A stretch of 64,000 nt of DNA, taken from positions 832,001 through 896,000 of the forward strand of contig CAXXUK010000001.1 of assembly GCA_963665125.2 (NCBI GenBank), read 5' to 3'. A program made the position numbers and the translations under genes. The stretch's first letter is position 1, and every line of letters starts with the position of its first letter. The notes under the pieces were generated by a model. That model worked only from the letters and a program-made list of their open reading frames with translations. It was not told where the DNA came from and ran no database searches. This document shows positions 27,924-37,934 of this stretch, in pieces. The stretch comes from an uncultured Desulfarculus sp. (GTDB taxonomy: Bacteria > Desulfobacterota > Desulfarculia > Desulfarculales > Desulfarculaceae).

Positions 27924-30050
27924 ATGGCTTTGGATAGACGATCCTTTGTCAAATTTGCAGTGGGCGGAGTGCTGGGACTACATTGCAGCCCGCTCGTCTG
28001 GAAATTGATGGATGACTCGACCATCTGGACTCAGAACTGGAACTGGGTGCCGGTGCCCGAAGAGGGCGCAGTGGCCTATGCCAGCACGGTCAACCCCGGT
28101 ACAGGCACGGTCCTGAAGGCCAGGATCATCCAAGGACGCCTCAAGGGCGAACGTTTGATTCGCCTAGAGGACAATTCAGATAACCCCCTTGGCGAGGGCG
28201 TGATCCCCGCCGACGCTTCGGCCTTGCAGTTGCTGTACAACCGTGAGATTCGCGTTCAGCAGCCCATGCTGCGCGACAAGCTCACCGGCGTGTACAAAAA
28301 TCTGAGCTGGGACGATGCGTTGGAAGTGCTGGCCGGTAAATTGGGCCAGCTTTCCGCCGCGGGCAAGACCGAGGCGGTGGCCTGCCTGGCCGGACCGGCC
28401 GGCGACGCCACGGCTGAAATCCTGGCCCGTTTCATGGCGGCCTACGATTCGCCCAACCTCGCCTTTTTACCCACCGCAAGCCAGACCATGGCCCTGGCAG
28501 CCGATAAGGTCTTCGGCCAGTCGGATATAGGTTTCGACCTGATCAACGCCGACTACGTGGTCTCCTTCGGCACTCCGCTGCTGGAAGGCTGGGGCGCGCC
28601 GGTTGCGGCCCGCGCCGCCTTTGTCAAATGGCGCGCCGACGGCGGCAAGCTGGTTCAGGTGGATACGCGTTGTTCGGTAACGGCCAGCCAGGCTGATCAA
28701 TGGATCGCCTGCAAGCCTGGCACCGAAGGCCTGCTGGCCCTGGCCATGGCCAAGGCCATCATCGACGCGGGCAAGGCCGCTGTCAGCGCTCCGGCCCTGG
28801 CCGACGGCGAGTTCGCCGCCGAAAAGGTGGCCGAGATCACCGGAGTCGAAGCCGAAGTAATCAAGGCAACGGCTCTTGCTCTGGCCGCCAGCAAGGCCGG
28901 CGTGGCCGTATGCGGTCCCGGCCCCGAAGGCGGACCCGGCCGTTTGCAGGACTTCCTGGCCGTGTTGGCCCTCAATGCCGTTGCCGGCAAGCTCGGCAAG
29001 CCCGGCGGTGTGGTGGCCCGCAAGGAGCCCGAACTGAAGGCCCTGGGCGGCAAGGTGTCCGGAAGCTCCAAGCCCGCGCTGACCAGAGGCATGTACGATC
29101 CCTATGCGTTGGCGGTCAACGCCTTGGCCGGTAAACCCTACCTGCCCGAGGTATTGATCCTGGCCGGCGGCAATCCGGTGTTCAACGGCCCGCAGGCCCA
29201 GGTTACAGCCAACCTGGCCCGCAAGGTTCCGTTCGTGGTGGCCATCACTCCGTACATGGACGAAAGCGCCGCGGTGGCGGATCTGATTCTGCCCGGCGCC
29301 CACTTCCTGGAGTGCTGGGGCGACATGCCCACTCCGTTCGGCAGCGCCACGGCCTTCTACGGCGTGCACAAGCCCCTGGTGGCAGGCGAGGCCCAGGCCA
29401 AGAGCGTGGGCGACGTGATCCTCGCTCTGGCGGCCAAGCTTGGCGGCAAGACCTTCGAGGCACTGCCCTATGAAAACCTCTTTGCCGCTCTCAAGGCCAA
29501 ATCGGCCGCGCTGGGCGACTTTGAGGAACTGACTACCAGCGGCTTCTGGGCTCAGGACAAGCCAAGCTATGGCGGACTCGGTTCGGCAAAGCTGGGCGGC
29601 ATCTCCTGGAGGGTCCCCGAGGCGGTTGCCCATGAGAGTCATCACGGATTGGTGATGCAGGGCATCCCCTCGTTGCGCACCACCTGGGGACGCGATCCCA
29701 TTACCCCGTATATGATCAAGATCCTCTACGACACCACTTTGGCCGATGTCCACAAGCTGGTGGTCGAGATCAACCCAGAAACTGCCCATCACATGCATTT
29801 GGCCGAAGGCGACGAGATCGAATTGACCTCGACCTTCGGCGGCATCCAGGCCAAGGTGCATCTGTTCGCGGGTGCCCAGCCGGGCATGGTGTTCGCTCCG
29901 GTGGGCCTGGGGCATACGGCCTTTGGCATGTTTGTCGGCGGCAAGGGTGACAACTTCAACCAGGCGGTTGAGGTGGTCAGCGATCCCGAAAGCGGCCTGC
30001 CCGACTGGCAGCTGACCCGCGTGGCCGTCCGCAAACTCGGAGGGCACTAG
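27924..30050 (+). CDS. qrcB: Quinone reductase complex molybdopterin-oxidoreductase-like subunit
   Basis: Tat motif DRRSFVK; PLVWKLMDDSTIWTQNW; MopB-like fold without the N-terminal Fe-S Cys motif. Confidence 0.9.
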   Translation: MALDRRSFVKFAVGGVLGLHCSPLVWKLMDDSTIWTQNWNWVPVPEEGAVAYASTVNPGTGTVLKARIIQGRLKGERLIRLEDNSDNPLGEGVIPADASALQLLYNREIRVQQPMLRDKLTGVYKNLSWDDALEVLAGKLGQLSAAGKTEAVACLAGPAGDATAEILARFMAAYDSPNLAFLPTASQTMALAADKVFGQSDIGFDLINADYVVSFGTPLLEGWGAPVAARAAFVKWRADGGKLVQVDTRCSVTASQADQWIACKPGTEGLLALAMAKAIIDAGKAAVSAPALADGEFAAEKVAEITGVEAEVIKATALALAASKAGVAVCGPGPEGGPGRLQDFLAVLALNAVAGKLGKPGGVVARKEPELKALGGKVSGSSKPALTRGMYDPYALAVNALAGKPYLPEVLILAGGNPVFNGPQAQVTANLARKVPFVVAITPYMDESAAVADLILPGAHFLECWGDMPTPFGSATAFYGVHKPLVAGEAQAKSVGDVILALAAKLGGKTFEALPYENLFAALKAKSAALGDFEELTTSGFWAQDKPSYGGLGSAKLGGISWRVPEAVAHESHHGLVMQGIPSLRTTWGRDPITPYMIKILYDTTLADVHKLVVEINPETAHHMHLAEGDEIELTSTFGGIQAKVHLFAGAQPGMVFAPVGLGHTAFGMFVGGKGDNFNQAVEVVSDPESGLPDWQLTRVAVRKLGGH

Positions 30051-30052
30051 TC

Positions 30053-30925
30053 ATGTATGATTTCAAAAAGATCTACCGCACTGAAGAGTCCCGCTACGGC
30101 ATGCTTATCAATATCGATAAGTGCACTGGCTGCGGCGCCTGTTCAGTGGCCTGCATGTCCGAAAATAACTCCGGCGTGCTGGAAGACGAGACCAACAAGA
30201 TCCGCTCCGTCACTTGGCTGCGGGTGTATCAGGTAGACAACGGCCAGGCCTTCCCCAAAACCGAGGTGGCCTTCTTCCCGCGTCCCTGTCAGCACTGCCA
30301 GGGCGGCAAGGTGGGCAACTACAAGGAAGGCTTCTTCTTTGAAGACCCGGACGCCCACGAAAACCATACGCCTTGCGTTTCGGTTTGCCCGGCCACGGCC
30401 ACGGACTATGACGAAAAAACCGGTATTGTCAGCCAGGTGCCAACCCGGTGCATCGGCTGCCGGTACTGTGTGGCGGCGTGTCCTTACCATGCACGTTATT
30501 TCAACTGGTATGACGTGCCATGGCCCAAGGGCAGCGAGCGCGCCTTGAGCCCGTTCGTCAGCCCGCGCATGCGCGGCGTCGTGGAAAAGTGCACCTTCTG
30601 CTTCCACCGCTACCAGCAGGCTCAAAACAAGGCCTTCAAGGACGGGGAAGAAAAAATCGCCGAGATGGATTACCAGACCGCTTGCACCGAGGCTTGTCCC
30701 TCCGGCGCGATCATGTTCGGCGATCTGAACAACCCGGACCACAAGGTGGGCCAGACCATCCAGCAATACCAAAAAGAAGGCCGCTTTGTCTTCAGGCTGC
30801 TGGAGCGACTGGGTACAAACACCAAGGTGTTCTACACCACCGAGCGTGAATGGGTCCGCCGCAAGGCTGACAACTTCATAAGTGACGAGGACTTTAAACA
30901 AGCATTGCCCGGCCAGAAAGGCTAG
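30053..30925 (+). CDS. qrcC: Quinone reductase complex Fe-S subunit
   Basis: CTGCGACSVAC, PCQHC, PCVSVCP, CIGCRYCVAACPY, RGVVEKCTFC. Confidence 0.9.
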   Translation: MYDFKKIYRTEESRYGMLINIDKCTGCGACSVACMSENNSGVLEDETNKIRSVTWLRVYQVDNGQAFPKTEVAFFPRPCQHCQGGKVGNYKEGFFFEDPDAHENHTPCVSVCPATATDYDEKTGIVSQVPTRCIGCRYCVAACPYHARYFNWYDVPWPKGSERALSPFVSPRMRGVVEKCTFCFHRYQQAQNKAFKDGEEKIAEMDYQTACTEACPSGAIMFGDLNNPDHKVGQTIQQYQKEGRFVFRLLERLGTNTKVFYTTEREWVRRKADNFISDEDFKQALPGQKG

Positions 30926-30957
30926 GCCGCTTAGGAGATTAGGTAGCGAGGTTACCC

Positions 30958-32190
30958 ATGTATGATTCCAGTTTCTGGCCAAAGGGCGTAACCCGTGGGC
31001 ACCCGGTGCTGTTCGTCTTCTGGCTGTTGATCTGCGGCGCCATACTGCAGTTCACCGGCATCGGCGCATTCCTGTGCCTGTGGAAGGGCCTCAACCAAAC
31101 GGGCATGAACGACTATTATGCCTTTGGTCTGTGGATCGTCATCGACTTGGCGGTCATTGCCCTGGGAGCGGGTGCTTTCTTCACGAGCTTCTTGAGCTAT
31201 ATCGTGAGGATCAAAGAGCTGAAAAATATCGTGGGTGTCGCCGTGTTGATCGGTTTCATCTGCTACACCGGCGCCATCATGATGCTGGGTATCGATATTG
31301 GTCAGCCCATCCGCGGCTGGTTCGGCTTCTGGCATGCCAACATCCACTCCATGCTCACCGAAGTTATGTTCTGTATCACCACTTACGCCATAGTGCTGAT
31401 TATCGAACTGCTTCCGGCGGTGCTGGAGAACCGGCAGATCGCCAAAGTGCCCGAATTCGGCACTTTCGCCCACAACCTGCACCGGATCATGATCGTGTTC
31501 GCCGGAACCGGTACGTTCCTGAGCTTCTTCCATCAGGGCTCTTTGGGCGGCATGTTCGGCGTGCTGTTCGCGCGTCCCTTTGCCTTCCGCGAGGGCTTCA
31601 TGATCTGGCCCTGGACGTTCTTCCTGTTCATTCTCAGCGCCATTGCAACCGGTCCTTCCTTCACCACCCTTTGCGTGATGATCACCGAGAAGGTTACCGG
31701 CCGCAAGCTGGTGCCCCACAAGACCAAGATGCTCATGGGCAAGATCAGCGGCCTGCTGCTGACCGCCTACATGGTGCTCAAGCTGGCCGACACCTACTAC
31801 TGGGCCAAGGTAATGGTTCCGGGAGTGGGCAGCTCTCTGGACGTTATGTACCAGGCTCCCTACGGCACGTGGCTGCTGTGGGCCGAACTCGGCGTCTGCG
31901 GCGTGCTGCCGGCCATCATGCTTCTGGTGCCGAGGGTGCGTCAAAGCTATGGCTTGCTGTTCCTGGCCATGCTGTTAAACTGTACAGGTATAGTGCTCAA
32001 CAGGTTCGTGTTTACGATCCAGAGCCTGGCCATACCCGTGCTGCCGTTCGAGAAGTTCATCGCCTTCATGCCGACTTGGCAGGAGATCGCGGTGGGTTCC
32101 TTGATTCTTGGTTATGGTTTCCTGGTCTACTCCTTGGCCTATCGGTATCTGCCGATATTCCCCAAGGAAGTCGAACTTAGCCAGGATTAG
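30958..32190 (+). CDS. qrcD: Quinone reductase complex NrfD-family membrane subunit
   Basis: Polytopic; FGLWIVIDLAVIALGAGAFFT, DIGQPIRGWFGFWHAN, LSFFHQGSLGG. Confidence 0.92.
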   Translation: MYDSSFWPKGVTRGHPVLFVFWLLICGAILQFTGIGAFLCLWKGLNQTGMNDYYAFGLWIVIDLAVIALGAGAFFTSFLSYIVRIKELKNIVGVAVLIGFICYTGAIMMLGIDIGQPIRGWFGFWHANIHSMLTEVMFCITTYAIVLIIELLPAVLENRQIAKVPEFGTFAHNLHRIMIVFAGTGTFLSFFHQGSLGGMFGVLFARPFAFREGFMIWPWTFFLFILSAIATGPSFTTLCVMITEKVTGRKLVPHKTKMLMGKISGLLLTAYMVLKLADTYYWAKVMVPGVGSSLDVMYQAPYGTWLLWAELGVCGVLPAIMLLVPRVRQSYGLLFLAMLLNCTGIVLNRFVFTIQSLAIPVLPFEKFIAFMPTWQEIAVGSLILGYGFLVYSLAYRYLPIFPKEVELSQD

Positions 32191-32201
32191 GGAGGAAAGA
32201 A

Positions 32202-32399
32202 ATGTTCCCCTTCTCATTCGAATGGCATTGGGATATCGGCCACCTGGTGTTCTTCGGCGTGTTCTACGCGGCTCTGACGGTGATTGGCATCACTTTGGTG
32301 GCAACCATCTTCAAGACCGGCAAGGACATCGCCTCCGGGCATGCTCATGTGGAGCACGATGATGAACACGACGCCCATGCCGAGGCCGCCGAGGCATAG
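32202..32399 (+). CDS. Small single-TM protein with a His/acidic tail, last gene of the qrc operon
   Basis: GGGAGG RBS; starts 11 nt after the qrcD stop and lies before the terminator; PFSFEWHWDIGHLVFFG. Confidence 0.8.
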   Translation: MFPFSFEWHWDIGHLVFFGVFYAALTVIGITLVATIFKTGKDIASGHAHVEHDDEHDAHAEAAEA

Positions 32400-32422
32400 G
32401 CATACCGGCATCTAAAGACTAC

Positions 32423-32453
32423 GGCGGGGCCCCTCGGGGCTCCGCCTTTTTTT
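32423..32453 (+). terminator. Intrinsic terminator of the qrc operon
   Basis: GGCGGGGCCCC / GGGGCTCCGCC stem followed by T7. Confidence 0.85.
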
Positions 32454-32465
32454 CCGGCAAAGCAG

Positions 32466-33113
32466 ATGAGCTTGAAAATACCATCACCCGTGCTGTCCCA
32501 AATAAAGGCCGTGGTTTTCGACCTCGACGGCGTACTGTTTGATTCATATGATTCCAATGTGGCTTTTTACGATCACATTCTGGAGCACATCGGCAAACCA
32601 CCGGTCCCCGGACATCTAAAAGACCTTGTTCACCGCGAAAGCATTCACGGTTCGCTCAAGGCCCTGGTTGGAGACGGCGCGGAATACGAGCGGGCCATGG
32701 CCTATTGCAAGGGGTTGGACTTCGAGCCGTTCATCAAAAGGCTCAAGCTCTTTCCGGATGTGCATAAGACCTTGGAAACATTGGCCCAAACAGTGAGGCT
32801 GGCCGTGGCCACCAACCGCATTTCCAGCACAATACCGGCTCTGGAACATCTGGAGCTGGCCAGTTTTTTCGAACTGGTGGTCACGCCCGCCGACGCCCGG
32901 GCCAGCAAGCCCCAGGCGGAGTTCATGACGTACACCCTGGAAAAATTGAGCCTGACCAGGAGGGACGTGGTATATGTCGGCGATTCGGTGATTGACCAGG
33001 ATCTATGCCTGGCTTCGGATGTGCCATTGGTGGCCTTCCGGGACGCAAGGCTCAAGGCCTGGGCCCATGTTCAGGGCATGGCCCAGATTCCAGCCCTGTT
33101 GTCCGGCGAATAG
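32466..33113 (+). CDS. HAD-family hydrolase (phosphoglycolate phosphatase-like)
   Basis: VVFDLDGVLFDS, ATNR, SKP, YVGDS. Confidence 0.9.
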   Translation: MSLKIPSPVLSQIKAVVFDLDGVLFDSYDSNVAFYDHILEHIGKPPVPGHLKDLVHRESIHGSLKALVGDGAEYERAMAYCKGLDFEPFIKRLKLFPDVHKTLETLAQTVRLAVATNRISSTIPALEHLELASFFELVVTPADARASKPQAEFMTYTLEKLSLTRRDVVYVGDSVIDQDLCLASDVPLVAFRDARLKAWAHVQGMAQIPALLSGE

Positions 33114-33121
33114 CCCCGGAC

Positions 33122-33295
33122 CTAGTCGCGCTGCTTTTTAGGCGGATCGTATAGGCCGTGGAAAAGGGCGGGCTGCTTGTAATCGCGCCAGGCCTCGCAT
33201 GTGGCCTTGTGCCGGCAGTCCGGACATAACTCCACGGGCACGCGGTGGCGTCCCGCGCGTCTGGGGCATACTATGAAATCGCGGCGGTTGTTCAT
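33122..33295 (-). CDS. Small four-Cys protein (57 aa), not in the ORF track
   Basis: Manual translation MNNRRDFIVCPRRAGRHRVPVELCPDCRHKATCEAWRDYKQPALFHGLYDPPKKQRD*; GGTAGG upstream; fills the intergenic gap without overlap. Confidence 0.55.
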   Translation of the reverse strand: MNNRRDFIVCPRRAGRHRVPVELCPDCRHKATCEAWRDYKQPALFHGLYDPPKKQRD

Positions 33296-33382
33296 GGCCC
33301 AAACCTACCACGATTCAGGCTCGGGAAAAAGCGGTCCTGCCTCGAATAAGGCCAGGAGCGCTTTTTCTTTTTTCAGCAGGCG

Positions 33383-33670
33383 TCAGATGGTCTTACTGAT
33401 GATGCCGCTGAGTATGTCCTTGCCGAACTCATAGGTCTGCTGCTGGGACTGAAGGCCTATGTTGTTACGGTTGCGGTTTCTGTTCATGTTCGTGTTGCCG
33501 CCCATGAGCTTGCCGACGAGGCTCTTTTCCTCGTCCTGATCCATCAGGTTGCCGATGGCAAGGGCATTGGTCTCGTCACTGCCCAGACCATAGGTGTTGG
33601 CCTGGGACTGGGCGGAACTAAGAGCGCTTTGGGTGGAGATGTTGGCCATTGAGCCAAAAGTGAAAGCCAT
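33383..33670 (-). CDS. Hypothetical Ser/Gln/Asn-rich protein
   Basis: GGAGG RBS before ATG 33670; fills the gap. Confidence 0.65.
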   Translation of the reverse strand: MAFTFGSMANISTQSALSSAQSQANTYGLGSDETNALAIGNLMDQDEEKSLVGKLMGGNTNMNRNRNRNNIGLQSQQQTYEFGKDILSGIISKTI

Positions 33671-33786
33671 CAAAGACCTCCGGCTAATTGCCTGTCCTTA
33701 GGCTGAAGCGAGCCATCCATGGAGGTTTTGAATATATTTTAATTATTAACACCAATTCCACAGAAAGAAAAGGCGTTTATCCAAAA

Positions 33787-35058
33787 TCAATCAAGCTTGG
33801 GGTTGAAATACCCGTGCCGAAGCGAGGGATAATCCTTGCGCAGCCTTTCGATCAGTTGGGCGATACCCACGCGTTTGCCGTCGGGATCGATTTCCAGGGC
33901 CCGCAGGTATATCTCGGGGTCGATGTTGATATTGCGCCACTGAATCAAATCCAGGCGGACGTCCTCGATGATCCTGATCAGTGCCTCCACCTCTTCCTCG
34001 CGGTCGGTGAGGCCGGGCATGGTAAGCAGGTTGATGGAGGCGAATCCTCCGGCCTTTTTCACTTCCTTCAGAGACTCGATGGCCTGTTCCAGGCTCCAGC
34101 CCTTGGGCCGGTAATAGGTTGCGTGGCGCTCTGGAATCAGCGAATTCAAGGAAACGCGGATGGAACTAAGACCTTCGCCCATCAGGCGGCGCACCTGATC
34201 CGGCCTGCTGCCGTTGGTGTTGAGATTGATGGTGCCTTTGGGCTCCTTTTGCCTGATCAACCTGATGGAGCGGGCCAACAGGTCGGCCTGCATCAGGGGC
34301 TCGCCCTCGCAGCCTTGGCCAAAGCTGACCAAGGGGTCGCGCTGTTGGCCGAAATGATGCAGGGCCACCTCTGCCACTTCCTCGGGCAAGGGCGCGAAAT
34401 CGATGCGCTCCTGGGTGCAGGGGAAGGTGCCCGAGGGCTGATACGACAGACAGCCGATGCAGTCGGCGTTGCATACCGGGCTGGTAGGCAGGGGGGCCTC
34501 CCAGCGGCCCAGGACCAGGTTTTTGGCCGCCGGGCAGCCGTAGGTCATGGCGCATGTGCCCAGGTGCTGCCACAAACGGTTGTTTTTGTATTGCCGCAGC
34601 AGACGCCTGGCGGCGGCCTGCAGACGGTCCGGCGTGGGGAAGCGGCCGGGGTCCTGGCGGGGAAGGGGGTCGACCCTCAGACCCGTAACGACGAATTGGT
34701 CACCTTGAAAGCCCACGGCGGCATAGGCGAACAACGGCAGATTGGGCGCGTCTCCCACGGTCTTGTAGGCCGCCCAAAGCGTGGCCGTGTGGGCCGGGGC
34801 CATGAACGCCGCCACGGCCGTGACCCGCTCTTCGGGCTCGTCGGGGTTGTATTCAACAGGAGCGATCCTGCCCTTGGAGTTTACGCCCACGGGCAGGCGC
34901 TGGGGCAGCAGGAACAGCTCGCTGCCCTCGGGCAGGGGAATGCAGTCCTCGGCCTCGACCTTTTGCCATTTGCCGCCCGCCGAGCCGCACATGGCCATCT
35001 CGGGGTGGTCGAAGATGTTGCCCTCTTCGTCTGCGTATACCAAGCGGGGGGCGTTCAT
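33787..35058 (-). CDS. Radical SAM protein, unknown function
   Basis: CNADCIGC (CxxxCxxC), SFGQGCEGEP, NLNTNG; start at ATG 35058. Confidence 0.88.
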   Translation of the reverse strand: MNAPRLVYADEEGNIFDHPEMAMCGSAGGKWQKVEAEDCIPLPEGSELFLLPQRLPVGVNSKGRIAPVEYNPDEPEERVTAVAAFMAPAHTATLWAAYKTVGDAPNLPLFAYAAVGFQGDQFVVTGLRVDPLPRQDPGRFPTPDRLQAAARRLLRQYKNNRLWQHLGTCAMTYGCPAAKNLVLGRWEAPLPTSPVCNADCIGCLSYQPSGTFPCTQERIDFAPLPEEVAEVALHHFGQQRDPLVSFGQGCEGEPLMQADLLARSIRLIRQKEPKGTINLNTNGSRPDQVRRLMGEGLSSIRVSLNSLIPERHATYYRPKGWSLEQAIESLKEVKKAGGFASINLLTMPGLTDREEEVEALIRIIEDVRLDLIQWRNINIDPEIYLRALEIDPDGKRVGIAQLIERLRKDYPSLRHGYFNPKLD

Positions 35059-35173
35059 GATCGGCTCCTGTTCACACATTGCCAAAAGAAAATGTGCTTC
35101 GTTTCTACCACAGCCGTGGCCGCAGTGCATCAGCGGGTTGTTACATTGGGCGGGTTTTGTTAAAAGATGGCTC

Positions 35174-36337
35174 ATGAAGAAGTTTGACGTAATCATAATC
35201 GGCCTGGGACCGGCCGGGGCCGCCGCGGCCATGGATCTGGCCGGGGCCGGGGCCAGGGTTCTGGTTGTGGACGGTTCCGGCGTCTCGGCCAAGCCCTGTG
35301 GCGGATGCCTGTCCCTGCGCGCCGTAAGGGCCCTGGCGCCCTTTGGGCCGCCGGCGTGGCTCTATGATTATCCGGTTTCAACCCTGTGGCTCACCGGTCC
35401 GGGGCGAAGGCCGGGGCGATACGACACTGATCAAACGGGTTGCTACTTCATTGATCGCGGCAGGCTGGACGCCTTTTTAGCTCAAAAAACCGCCGCTGCC
35501 GGGGTGGAGATTGTAAAAAGCAAGGCCAGATTTGTTGTCGATCAGGGCAATGGCTATAAGGTGGCCTGCCCGGAGGGTGTGTTCAAATCAGACTGGCTCC
35601 TGGGCTCCGACGGGGCCAACAGCATTGTGGGCCGGGCCTTTGGCTTGGGCTGGACCAACCGCGAGTTCGTGGCCCTGGTGGAAAACAGGCCCATGCCCGC
35701 CCGGTTGGCAGAACCCCTGAAAAACGCCGCCGTGATTGAGTTGGGCGGCATACGTGGCGGCTATGGCTGGCTTTTCGGCCTGGGCGATACGCTGAATCTC
35801 GGCATGGCCGGCCAGCGCGGGAAGTTGGCCGCTTCCGGGGGGCTGAAACGTTCCTACGGTCGTTTTTTGGCTCGGCACGGCCTGGTCGCAGGCGGCAATC
35901 CCCGCGGGGCGGTCATACCCTATCCGCGACTGCGGCCATGCCGCCGGAGCAGGGCCAGGGCGGCGGTCATCGGCGATGCCGCGGCCTTGGCCGATCCCTT
36001 CCTGGGCGAGGGCATCGCCCCGGCCATTGTCAGCGGCAGGATGGCCGCTGGGGCCATCATCGCCGGAAACATGGGCCTGTATGAGTCGCGGCTGGGCCAA
36101 ACCCTATTGCGAGATCATTGGCACAGCGTATTTGTAGCCGGCTTGATCTACGGCTGGCCCGGTTTGGCTCTGAACCTGGTGCGCAGACACCCGGGGGGAA
36201 TTGAATTGGGCTGGCGGCTTCTCAGGGGAGAGGTGGCTTCGGCAAAAATCTGGTCAGAGGTGATCAGAGGCTTCCGGGGGCTGCCCCCCAACCTTGACCC
36301 CCAGGCTTCGGCATACTATAGTTGTCCCGTAAGTTGA
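35174..36337 (+). CDS. Geranylgeranyl reductase family FAD-dependent oxidoreductase
   Basis: DVIIIGLGPAG, KPCGG, GSDGANS, GYGWLF, IGDAAALADPFLGEGI; start at ATG 35174. Confidence 0.85.
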   Translation: MKKFDVIIIGLGPAGAAAAMDLAGAGARVLVVDGSGVSAKPCGGCLSLRAVRALAPFGPPAWLYDYPVSTLWLTGPGRRPGRYDTDQTGCYFIDRGRLDAFLAQKTAAAGVEIVKSKARFVVDQGNGYKVACPEGVFKSDWLLGSDGANSIVGRAFGLGWTNREFVALVENRPMPARLAEPLKNAAVIELGGIRGGYGWLFGLGDTLNLGMAGQRGKLAASGGLKRSYGRFLARHGLVAGGNPRGAVIPYPRLRPCRRSRARAAVIGDAAALADPFLGEGIAPAIVSGRMAAGAIIAGNMGLYESRLGQTLLRDHWHSVFVAGLIYGWPGLALNLVRRHPGGIELGWRLLRGEVASAKIWSEVIRGFRGLPPNLDPQASAYYSCPVS

Positions 36338-36395
36338 CGGGATCACTTGGAAGGGTGCCCCCCCGCGCTTGCAGACCAAAAGGGAAGGTGGTCCT

Positions 36396-36704
36396 TTGGC
36401 CGAATCACAGGGCAGAAGCATTTGGCGTATGGCGTTGGTTTGCAGCGCCGTGCTGGCCTGCGCCCTGATGATTTATTCCGGTATCGGCAAACTGCGTGAT
36501 TCCAGTTGGCGCTTGCAACAGATACAAGAGATAAACCAGGATCTGGACCGCGATAACAAGATCCTGCATAGCCAGGTGCAGCGGCTCAGGGACGACAAAC
36601 AGGCTATCGACAGGGCCGTGCGCCGGGAGATGGACATGGTCAGGCCGGACGAGGTGGTGTACCAGTTTGACTCCGGCCGAAACCAAAAGGAGGCTGCAAG
36701 GTGA
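36396..36704 (+). CDS. ftsB: Septum formation initiator (FtsB/DivIC)
   Basis: TM followed by a coiled coil; IDRAVRREMDMVRPDEVVYQF; start uncertain (36369/36396/36429). Confidence 0.8.
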   Translation: MAESQGRSIWRMALVCSAVLACALMIYSGIGKLRDSSWRLQQIQEINQDLDRDNKILHSQVQRLRDDKQAIDRAVRREMDMVRPDEVVYQFDSGRNQKEAAR

Positions 36705-37342
36705 GCTCCGACAGCACGGGTAACCGCGGTACGGCCGCGGAAATGGTCCTGCTTGAGGCCTGGGTTTATGACAACCCCGGCTCCCAGGCGGCCCTGAAGC
36801 TTGCCGCCGCCTTCATCGAGACGCAGCGGCCCGCCGAGGCCAGGGAAATCCTGGGCAAGTACCTGGCCCTGCACCCGGCCAATGTCCAGGCCCGGGAATT
36901 GCTGGCCAGGGTTTTGGAACAGCGCGGCGACAGGGACGGTGCAGCCGCCCAATTGCTGCTGGCCGCCCAGGAACTGGGCCGTCACGCGGTGGTGTTTTCG
37001 CACCTGGCACGGCTGTTGGACGAGCAAGGACGGGAAAAAGAGGCCGCCAAGGCCAGGGTGTTGGCCGAGGCCCTGGAAACGGGCATAGGGCCGTTGCCTT
37101 CGTTCGACGGTCTCGAGTCGGCGACAATGGCCAATATCTACGCGGCTCAGGGACATTCCGAGCAGGCGGAAGAAATATACAAGAAACTACTGGCGCGTCA
37201 GCCCGGCGACGTTGAAGTCGGGGCGAAATTGGCGGCCACACAGCAAAAGACGGCTTTGGACCAGGGCGGTAAGGTAATCCAAAAACTCAACCGCTTCAAA
37301 CAGGCGGCCATGCGCCGGGCCGCCGGGGCCGCTCCCGCATAA
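36701..37342 (+). CDS. Tetratricopeptide repeat protein
   Basis: TPR-like helices; SATMANIYAAQGHSEQAEEIYKKLL. Confidence 0.8.
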   Translation: MSSDSTGNRGTAAEMVLLEAWVYDNPGSQAALKLAAAFIETQRPAEAREILGKYLALHPANVQARELLARVLEQRGDRDGAAAQLLLAAQELGRHAVVFSHLARLLDEQGREKEAAKARVLAEALETGIGPLPSFDGLESATMANIYAAQGHSEQAEEIYKKLLARQPGDVEVGAKLAATQQKTALDQGGKVIQKLNRFKQAAMRRAAGAAPA

Positions 37343-37373
37343 ACCCAAACTATTAGTACAGGCGGTAAGCAAT

Positions 37374-37934
37374 ATGGCGATCAGCACTGCAGAGTTCCGC
37401 AAGGGGCTCAAGATTGAAATCGACGGCAAACCATTCATCATCGTGGAATCCCAGCACGTCAAGCCCGGCAAGGGCGGCGCTTTTGTGCGCACCAAGATGA
37501 AAAACCTGGAAACAGGCCAGGTCTTGGAACAGACGTTCCGGTCGGGCGCCAAGGTGGACAAACCCGATTTGGAGCAAAAGAACATGCAGTACCTCTATCT
37601 CGAGGGCACCCAGTATGTGTTCATGGACAACGACACCTATGATCAGGTCTTCATCGAGGGCGATTTTCTGGGTGACGCCGTAAACTACATGCTGCCCAAC
37701 ATCAACGTGGACGTGCTGTTCTTCAACGGCAAACCAATCGGCGTGGATCTGCCCATCTCCGTGGAAATGACCGTGACCCACACCGAGCCGGGCGTGAAGG
37801 GCGACACCGCCACGGGCGTGACCAAACCCGCCACCCTGGAGACGGGTCTAGTCATCAACGTGCCTTTGTTCGTGAACGAAGGCGATTTGCTCAAGATCGA
37901 CACCCGCACAGGGGAGTACATGGAACGTGCCTAA
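37374..37934 (+). CDS. efp: Elongation factor P
   Basis: HVKPGKGGAFVRTK, PGVKGDTA, KPATLETG, VPLFV. Confidence 0.97.
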   Translation: MAISTAEFRKGLKIEIDGKPFIIVESQHVKPGKGGAFVRTKMKNLETGQVLEQTFRSGAKVDKPDLEQKNMQYLYLEGTQYVFMDNDTYDQVFIEGDFLGDAVNYMLPNINVDVLFFNGKPIGVDLPISVEMTVTHTEPGVKGDTATGVTKPATLETGLVINVPLFVNEGDLLKIDTRTGEYMERA

